Shown here piece by piece: positions 45,001 through 53,800 of a DNA stretch of 64,000 bases. The notes under the pieces are model-generated. The model worked only from the letters and a program-made list of their open reading frames with translations, did no database searches and was not told the DNA's origin. The translations under genes were made by a program, and so were the position numbers. Position 1 is the stretch's first letter, and the number at the start of each line of letters is the position of its first letter. Source of the stretch: Eledone cirrhosa (Eukaryota). The stretch is taken from the NCBI GenBank assembly GCA_964016885.1, contig OZ024740.1:20026001-20090000 (forward strand), read 5' to 3'.

Positions 45001-46437
45001 AACTGATGCAGTGTCCTCTCGACAGCTAACAACTGATGAAGTGTCCTCTCGACAGCTAACAACTGATGCAGTGTCCTCTCGACAGCTAACAACTGATGCA
45101 GTGTCCTCTCGACAGCTAACAACTGATGCAGTGTCCTCTCGACAGCTAACAACTGATGAAGTGTCTCGACAGCTAACAACTGATGCAGTGTCCTCTCGAC
45201 AGCTAACAACTGATGAAGTGTCCTCTCGACAGCTAACAACTGATGCAGTGTCCTCTCGACAGCTAACAATTGATGAAGTGTCCTCTCGACAGCTAACAAC
45301 TGATGAAGTGTCTCGACATCTAACAACTGATGCAGTGTCCTCTCGACAGCTAACAACTGATGCAGTGTCCTCTCGACAGCTAACAACTGATGAAGTGTCC
45401 TCTCGACAGCTAACAACTGATGCAGTGTCCTCTCGACAGCTAACAACTGATGAAGTGTCCTCTCGACAGCTAACAACTGATGAAGTGTCTCGACATCTAA
45501 CAACTGATGCAGTGTCCTCTCGACAGCTAACAACTGATGCAGTGTCCTCTCGACAGCTAACAACTGATGAAGTGTCTCGACATCTAACAACTGATGCAGT
45601 GTCCTCTCGACAGCTAACAATTGATGCAGTGTCCCGACAGCTAACAACTGATGCAGTGTCTCGACAACTAAACAACTGATGCAGTGTCTCGACAGCTAAA
45701 CAACTGATGCAGTGTCCTCTCGACAGCTAACAACTGATGCAGTGTCCTCTCGACAGCTAACAACTGATGCAGTGTCCCGACAGCTAACAACTGATGCTGT
45801 GTCTCGACAGCTAAACAACTGATGCAGTGTCTCGACAGCTAAACAACTGATGAAGTGTCCTCTCGACAGCTAACAACTGATGCAGTGTCCACGCAGGTAA
45901 CAACTGATGCAGTGTCCTCTCGACAGCTAACAACTGATGCAGTGTCCTCTCGACAGCTAACAACTGATGCAGTGTCCCGACAGCTAACAACTGATGCAGT
46001 GTCCTCTCGACAGCTAACAACTGATGCAGTGTCCTCTCGACAGCTAACAACTGATGCAGTGTCCTCTCGACAGCTAACAACTGATGCAGTGTCTTCTCGA
46101 CAGCTAACAACTGATGCAGTGTCCTCTCGACAGCTAACAACTGATGCAGTGTCCTCTCGACAGCTAACAACTGATGTAGTGTCCTCTCGACAGCTAACAA
46201 CTGATGAAGTGTCCTCTCGACAGCTAACAACTGATGCAGTGTCCTCTCGACAGCTAACAACTGATGCAGTGTCCTCTCAACAGCTAACAAATTATGCAGT
46301 GTCCCAACAGCTAACAACTGATGCAGTGTCTCGAAATCTAACAACTGGTGCAGTGTCCCGACAGCTAACAACTGATGCAGTGTCCTCTCGACAGCTAACA
46401 ACTGATGCAGTGTCCCGACAGCTAACAACTGATGCAG
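1..46437. repeat. Large satellite array of 27/30-bp monomers (GATGCAGTGTC[CTC]TCGACAGCTAACAACT), about 1,600 copies, derived from CR1 LINE ORF2; continues past the left window edge
   Basis: Continuous head-to-tail repetition is visible throughout. The last GATGCAG is at 46431-46437. The 27-mer is identical to 57603-57629 inside a CR1 copy. The copy number is length divided by about 29 bp. Confidence 0.99.
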
Positions 46438-46463
46438 GTAGTTTGTTCCATGTTTCAGCAACT
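46404..46463 (-). mobile_element. CR1 LINE remnant at the array junction (5'-truncated host of the satellite)
   Basis: GTAGTTTGTTCCATGTTTCAGCAACT (46438-46463) matches the sequence following the monomer in the CR1 copies (57637-57662, 61526-61550). The minus frame reads VAETWNKLPASVVSCRDT. Confidence 0.9.
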
Positions 46464-46514
46464 TTGTATTTTTATCTAACATATTTATTATCCATTTCTT
46501 TTAATTAAAGATCT

Positions 46515-46880
46515 GTCGTGGCGTTCGAAATATTTGGGGCAGTTGGGCCGCTAACTGCGAGGTTCTTGTCATCACTGGCGGCTCGCCTAACTACGGTAAC
46601 TAGTGATGCTCGTGAAGGCGCTTGGCTGTTCCAGTGCATCAGCCTCGCCATCGCTCGAGGTAAAGCTGTGAGCGTGCTGGCTTGCCTAAAAATTTATTAG
46701 AGATTTTCTAGTGCTCCTCGCGATATAGTTCTGGCGGCGGTTCGTTTGTCCACCCATTTCGCCTGTCTTTTGTTGTGTGGTCCTAGATGTGTGTATTACC
46801 TGCTTGTGTATTTTTTTTTTTTTTTTTTCCTTTTCTTTTTTATTTGTAATATTGTTTATACAATTGTGACTAAATCCAAT
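46515..46880 (+). mobile_element. 3' fragment of a CRE-like (restriction-like endonuclease) non-LTR retrotransposon
   Basis: The ORF AFEIFGAVGPLTARFLSSLAARLTTVTSDAREGAWLFQCISLAIARGKAVSVL resembles the CRE/RLE C-terminal pattern E..G..G....FL..L......D.RE...L.Q.IS.AI.RGNA. Its T-rich 3' end (TATTTGTAAT..TTTATACAATTGTGA) is shared with the copy at 48420-48780. Confidence 0.7.
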
Positions 46881-47281
46881 TATATACAAGTTTTAAAAAT
46901 GTTATTAGGAGAGATTTCATGCTATTTCTAGCAAATTGAACGACCTTAGGGAAGCTCTGGCGTTGTCTTGTATTATTCTTGGGTCTCAAATAATGGAGAA
47001 GGGGGCTCAGTTATTTTTTCTAGGTTGTCTCCGTTGATCTTTTAAAAACCAGAATTAGTCGTTTAGTTTACATATTAAAACCTCCAACCTATCCTATTTT
47101 ATAACGTATGATATTTCTAGTAATGTACTTTTTTTGTCGTGTATAATGTTTTTTAATGTCTAAACAAAATTAATTGTCGTAGGAATGTTACCACTTAAAA
47201 TAAAATTTCGCCGGAGATAGATTAGCAGCATTTAATAAGCAGGCTGGGAAGACAATTATTCAAGACCCGAGAGTAGATATT

Positions 47282-47467
47282 ATTGGCAGTATCGGTAGAG
47301 GGTCGGACACCATGCTTTCCAGCATAGTTACGTCCCTTTACGATCTAAGTTCAAATCCCGCCGAGGTTGACTTTGCCTTTCTTCCTTACGGGGTCGATAA
47401 AATAAAGTACCAGTAATGCACTGGAAAAATTGCTGGCCTTGTGCCTAAAGTAGAAACAATTATTAAT
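47282..47467 (+). mobile_element. tRNA-derived SINE
   Basis: A-box-like TGGCAGTATCGG, B-box GTTCAAATCC (47349-47358), body GACTTTGCCTTTC..GGGGTCGATAAAATAAAGTACCAGT, and tail AGAAACAATTATT. Several copies occur in the window. Confidence 0.9.
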
Positions 47468-47651
47468 TGTTTCTACTTTAGGCACAAGGCCAGCAATTAC
47501 CCAGTTCATTACTGGTACTTTATTTTATCGACCTCGTAAGGATGAAAGGTAAAGTTAACCTCGGCGGGATTTGAACTCAGATCGTAAAGGGACGTAACTA
47601 TGCTAGAAAGTATGACGTCCGACCCTCTACCGATACTGCCAATCCACCACC
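47468..47651 (-). mobile_element. Same-family SINE inserted in inverted orientation into the tail of the previous one
   Basis: Near reverse complement of 47282-47460. Flanked by the 16-bp direct repeat AGAAACAATTATTAAT (47452-47467 and 47652-47667). Confidence 0.9.
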
Positions 47652-47688
47652 AGAAACAATTATTAATGGGAGGTAACTCTTAAGTATG

Positions 47689-47698
47689 AACCGGAAGC
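47689..47698 (+). promoter_or_regulatory. Candidate ETS/GABP site in the PSMG1 proximal promoter
   Basis: AACCGGAAGC lies about 55 bp upstream of the ATG. CCGGAAG is typical of TATA-less housekeeping promoters. Motif evidence only. Confidence 0.45.
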
Positions 47699-47752
47699 GG
47701 TGTACATTGTTTATGTTCTCCTTTATCTCTTTAGTAAAAATGCTGATTTAAT

Positions 47753-47853
47753 ATGGCGACATTCTTTGGTGAAGTTCTGCCGGTTTTTTCCCGAGCGACG
47801 GGTGATGATTATGATGAGGAGGAGGATGAAGAACAAGAACCAAACATAAAGTG
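47753..47853 (+). CDS. PSMG1: PSMG1 exon 1 (MATFFGEVLPVFSRATGDDYDEEEDEEQEPNIK)
   Basis: Matches the vertebrate PSMG1 N-terminus MAATFFGEV plus acidic run. Donor G|GTAAAA. Confidence 0.92.
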
Positions 47854-50800
47854 GTAAAAATAATTGTTTCTACTTTTGGCACCAGGCCAGCAATTAATCC
47901 AGTGCATTACTGGTACTTTAATGCTTCTTTTATTAACTTGACACCTTCGTTAATGTGTATTTTCTGCTTTGAGTGTTGTTTACGAAACACTTAAACTATG
48001 ACGCCGACATACATACACCATACACAGATAAGTTACTGGTCAACCAGGTAGATTCTCCGTTAGACCTACAAGAAATAACAGCCAAGTTACCCCCAGAACA
48101 CACCATACTATCTTAACACATTTGATCTAAGGTCTGGTGAAACAAGACAGATGAGAGGTGTTTAATAATAACAACTATATGTTTTATATATCATAACTAT
48201 ACTAAGTTATAACGAAGGAACCTCTCTGTGGTCACTCAAATTACTAGAAATAGCAACCGAATCTACTTCAAAACACACCCTCCTGTCTTTAAAAGTGAAG
48301 GACTCGTTGAATAAGAGACGATCATTGAATATAACAGTCCACAGAGGCTGTTATTCTTGCTAAATCCTCTATTGCCAAATTACATTTCATATTGTTTAAA
48401 ATTCTTACAGAATGAAAATATAGAGAAATCACAATTTATAAATTACATTACAAATAACAAATAGTTGCTGAGATAAATATGAGAAGGAAAGATAAAAACA
48501 AAATTAATGAGAAAATGGGGAAGAGGTAAGAAAGGGTGGATATGGTTGTATGGGACAGTAGATGAGAGGAAAAGGGGGGGGGGGCAAGGACTAGCGCCAC
48601 AGAGGGAAGGGAGAGGGTGATGGGCTTTGTGCCTAGGTCACAGTGGTGTTGGGGCTGAGCCCCGCAGACAAAACCACAAAAGCATTTCCGCGGACAATGG
48701 CCAGCGACACCCGCTGCAACAGCCACCCCACCTCACAGGGCTCCTTCCTAGGACATTCCGATCTTGTGGAGGAGCTCAGCAATATGGGGTTCAAGTATGG
48801 CCAAAGTCTCGACAATGACTGGTGCAAAGAGGAAGCAGCCGGGCAATCCCTGGTTTTTGTCAAACTACAGCTAGTATTTTATTTGGTGGCCAGTTAGCAG
48901 AGGTTAAACAACAGTTATATTTATTTTCTCCCCAGCTATGGGTTAAGTAGCCTCACCAACCCACAATTGGCCAAGGGAGGTGAGTACGGCTACCCACCTC
49001 ATATGATAAAAAAACGGAAAGCAGTTGGGGTTAATGAGGGAGGAGTTCCTCGAACAGGAGTGAGAAGACCCTGGATTGGATTAGAGTAGATGAAGGCAAA
49101 ATCTACATATAAGAACAGAAATTAACAAGATGAAAACAAACAGCAAATATATTTACAGTGTGGGCTGGGTGCCTTTTGTTGTGACACCAACACGACCACT
49201 TTACAGTGTGGGCTGGGGGCTTCATTGGATGTATTCTTCATACAGCCCTCGTGGGAGATGTATGGGAGGGTGGGGTGGTGCACGCTGTATATATGCTTCA
49301 GCAAAAGACAAAATATTTCAAATAAAGCATGTTATATACTTACATACACAATCCCTCTTTCTCTCTCATGGTCACCCAACCTGACATTGCCCACAACAGA
49401 ACAACCCGTCTAAACCATGCTACTGAATGGATTAGATTGATTCAGTATCAGAGCTATATAATACATTATGAAGAGAGAAGAAACATTAGATATAATTAAT
49501 AATAAGATATACCATACCTAAACTCCTTCTTTACTCCTCATATATATATATATCATCACTGTTTTACGTCCATTTTTTCACGGTAGCGTGGACGTAAAAC
49601 AGTGATGATATATATATGAGGAGTTTAGGTATGGTATATCTTATTATTAATTATATCTAATGTTTCTTCTCTCTTCATAATGTATTATATAGCTCTGATA
49701 CTGAATCAATCTAATCCATTCGGATTATTTTGTCCCAGTTATTCATAGAGCAACATCGGTTGAGGTTGGCACCACTAATTCAAGGATATATGTGGATATA
49801 TTCATGTATATGTATGTGTCCGCATGTATCTGTGTGTTTCTATATATTGTGTGTGTGTGTGTGGGTATATATATATATATGGAGGCACATGGCTTAGTGG
49901 TTAGAGCATCGCCCTTGCAATCGAAAGGTTGTGAGTTCAATTCTCAGACCGGGTGATGTGTTGTTTCCTTGAGCAAGACACTTTATTTCACATTGCTCCA
50001 GTTTACTCAGCTGTAGAAATGAGATGATAGGACTGGGGTCCATATCATTCCACTGCAAAGTGGTCGTGGAGGTGCCACGGCAAAAAAGCACCCAGCACTC
50101 ACTGTAAATGAGGTTGGTGTTAGGAAGGGCATCCAGCTGTAGAAATCAAGCCAGAATCAGTTCCCGTCCCACCCTTGCAAGCAGGGAAAAGCGGACGTAA
50201 AAATGATGATGATGATGATAGGAAGGGAATCCAACTGTAGAAAGCTTGCCAAACAAAGGGTTGAGAGGACCCTTCAGCTGTGTGAAGGACATGACAACCT
50301 CCCTAGTGTTGGTTATCCATACAATAAACACACTCACTTCACACTGTAAAGTGTTTGGTGATAGGAAGGGCAACCAGTTGTAGAAATGTTGTCAAACAAA
50401 GGGTTGGGAGGACCCTCAGTTATGTCAAAGTTATGACAACCTCTCCTGAGCTTTCAATGGAATCTGAGACCATACATAAGCGAGACACAGGTCCCTGGCC
50501 TGTCTGGAAGATTAGTGGCTCTGCTTCAGTACAGACTTCCCATTATATCCAACCCTTGCTAGTAGGGAAAGTGGACATTAAAACGACAATGCTGATAATA
50601 ATATATAGATGCTATGTCTTTTTTGTAGGGAAACAAATATCCAGTGGATTGAAACAGCTGAAACAAAGATCCAGAACAACAAGTTACCGTGTTCCATGTT
50701 GATTATTGCTGTTGGTCAAGTAGCATCAGGTTCAGTAATCTTTTGGTCACTATTTACTAGTCAATGGGACATAGTAGAACTTGTAATGAAATAATTAATA

Positions 50801-53800
50801 ATTGTTTCTACTTTTGGCACAAGGCCAGCAATTACCCAGTACCTTACTGATACTTTATTTTTATCGACCCCGTAAGGATGAAAGGCAAAGTTAACCTCGG
50901 CAGGATTTGAACTCAGAATGGCAAGGGCCGTAACTCTATGCGTCAAAGCATGGCGTCCGATCCTCTACCGATACTGCCAATCCAGTTAGTAAATCCCTCA
51001 TCATTCTTTATTAATTAATTGCAATAGAACATATTTCATTAGAAATATTGTCATAAAAGTGTTGATGCGACTTGTCATTGAGACATATCTTGGTAGAATT
51101 AGTCAGTGAGACTTGTCTTAGTGGAACTGGCTTGTGAAACATCTTGGTAGAATTAGTCGGTAAGACTTGTCTTAGTGGAACTGGTTTGTGAGACTTGGTA
51201 GAATTAGTCAGTGAGACTTATCTTGGTAGAATTAGTCAGTTGGACTTGTCTTAGTGGAACTGGTTTGTGAGACTTATCTTGGTAGAATTGGTCAGTAAGA
51301 CTTGTCTTAGTGAAACTGATTTGTGAGACTTGGTAGAATTAGTCAGTAAAACTTATCTTAGGGGAACTGGTTTGTGAGACTTATCTTAGTAGAATTAGTT
51401 GGTAAGACTTGTCTTAGTGGAACTGGTTTGTGAGACTTGGTAGAATTAATTGGTAAGACTTGTCTTAGTGGAACTGGTTTGTGAGACTTGGTAGAATTAG
51501 TCAGTAAGACTTGTCTTAGTGGAACTGGTTTGTGAGACTTGGTAGAATTAGTCAGTGAGACTTATCTTAGGGGAACTGGTTTGTGAGACTTATCTTGGTA
51601 GAATTAGTCGGTAAGACTTGTCTTAGTGGAACTGGTTTGTGAGCCTTATCTCTTTGGTACTAGCCAGTATGATGTGTCATATTGTGGTAGTGAGGTTAGT
51701 GGGTCTAGTAGCACTAGTCAAACACTGAGGTTGATATAATTAACTTATCTCCCCTCCTTCCACACTGCTGATCTTGTGTTTAAATTAGAGATTATTATTA
51801 TTCCGAGGTTGACTTTGCCTTTCATCCTTACGGGGTCGATAAAATAAAGTACCAGTAATGCACTGGGTAATTGCTAGCCTTGTGCCAAAAGTAGAAACAA
51901 TTATTATTATTATCATTAAGGGCAGTGGATTGGCAGTATCGGTAGAGTGTTGGACAATATGCTTTACGGCATAGAGTTATGGCCCTTTACATTCGAGTTC
52001 AAATCATGCCGAGGTTAGCTTTGTCTTTCATCCTAACTGGGGTCGATAAAATAAAGTACCAGTAATGCACTGGTGTTGATTTAATCGACTGCCCCTACAA
52101 AAAAAAAAACATCATTATCATTATTATTTTTATTTCTGAATTTCTTCCAGGGTTTTGTGAAGCTTATTTGTTAAAAGAAGGTACTAAACTTGCTGGATGT
52201 CTGTCCACATCTTTCACTGGTAATGATCCCATACCTGACCGCAATGCTAAAGTGTATCTTTGTAGCAAAGATGTCGCTTTAATTCAATGTACAAAGGAAA
52301 TATCACCAGAACAATCTTTCTGCTGGGTTCACAAGGTAAACACTTCAAATGCCATCTTGTCTACTATTAACTCCATTTCTGCTCACTCCCTATCCTCTCT
52401 CTCTCTCTTTCTCTCTCTCGCAACACAATATCATTTCATTTGACGGCTGGTTAGCAGAGGTTAAACAACAGGTAGTATTTATTTTCTCACCAACTATGGG
52501 TTAAATAGCTTCAGCAACAAACAATTGGCCAAGCTTATACAGTACGGCTACACCCCTGACATGACCAAAACCAAACAGAAAGCAGTGGAGATCAACCAGG
52601 GAGGAGTTCCTCCAACAGGAGTGAGAAGTCCCCGGATTGGAGGTCAACCAGGGAGGAGTTCGTCCAAAAGGAGTGAGAAGTCCCTGGATTGGAGGTCAAT
52701 CAGGGAGGAGTTCCTCCAACAGGAGTGAGAAGTCCCTGGATTGGAGGTCAACCAGGGAGGAGTTCCTCCAACAGGAGTGAGAAGGGTCTTGATTGGAGGT
52801 CAATCAGGGAGGAGTTCCTCCAACAGGAGTGAGAAGGGTCTTGATTGGAGGTCAATCAGGGAGGAGTTCCTCCAACAGGAGTGAGAAGGGTCTTGATTGG
52901 AGGTCAATCAGGGAGGAGTTCCTCCAACAGGAGTGAGAAGGGTCTTGATTGGAGGTCAATCAGGGAGGAGTTCCTTCAACAGGAGTGAGAAGGGTCTTGA
53001 TTGGAGGTCAATCAGGGAGGAGTTCCTCCAACAGGAGTGAGAAGGGTCTTGATTGGAGGTCAATCAGGGAGGAGTTCCTCCAACAGGAGTGAGAAGGGTC
53101 TTGATTGGAGGTCAACCAGGGAGGAGTTCCTCCAACAGGAGTGAGAAGGGTCTTGATTGGAGGTCAATCAGGGAGGAGTTCCTTCAACAGGAGTGAGAAG
53201 GGTCTTGATTGGAGGTCAATCAGGGAGGAGTTCCTTCAACAGGAGTGAGAAGTCCCTGGATTGGAGGTCAACCAGGGAGGAGTTCCTCCAACAGGAGTGA
53301 GAAGGGTCTTGATTGGAGGTCAACCAGGGAGGAGTTCCTTCAACAGGAGTGAGAAGGGTCTTGATTGGAGGTCAATCAGGGAGGAGTTCCTTCAACAGGA
53401 GTGAGAAGGGTCTTGATTGGAGGTCAATCAGGGAGGAGTTCCTTCAACAGGAGTGAGAAGGCCCTGGATTGGATTGGAGTAGACGAAAGCAAAATCTACA
53501 TATAAGAACAGAAATTACAAGAAGAAAACAAAGAACAGCAAATATAATTTTTTTTTATTATCATATAACAAATATATGATATTAAATAGAAATATATATA
53601 ATCAATTAATTATTGCTTGGAACCTTATAAATATAATACACAAAAATATACAATCACAGCAAAAACTAAATATTTCAAGTAGAGCATGTTATACATACAC
53701 AACTCTCACACACTGACACTGTTTCTTACATCTCTCACAGACAAATAAAATGAATCTTTTTTTCATCTTACCTTTCAAAATTTATTATTTTAATTCTCAA

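Noticed and set aside
1-46437. CRISPR array
   Set aside because: The repeat length is similar, but there are no unique spacers and no cas genes, and the context is eukaryotic with introns.
1-46437. Telomeric repeat or pure assembly artefact
   Set aside because: There is no TTAGGG-type motif. Structured private variants and a biologically coherent junction argue for real sequence, although the exact length needs read support.
1-46508. Giant ORFs (up to 3197 aa) as mucin-like or structural protein genes
   Set aside because: They are open on both strands because the monomers are 27/30 bp and stop-free. Most starts are GTG/TTG, stops and frameshifts are scattered, there is no signal peptide or unique domain, and the unit is LINE-derived.
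47740-47751. Upstream ATG as the PSMG1 start
   Set aside because: ATG CTG ATT TAA stops after three codons. The conserved MATFFGEV begins at 47753, so this is at most a tiny uORF.
52525-52728. 67-aa ORF as a gene
   Set aside because: It lies in PSMG1 intron 3, inside a dispersed repeat running into the 52-bp minisatellite.
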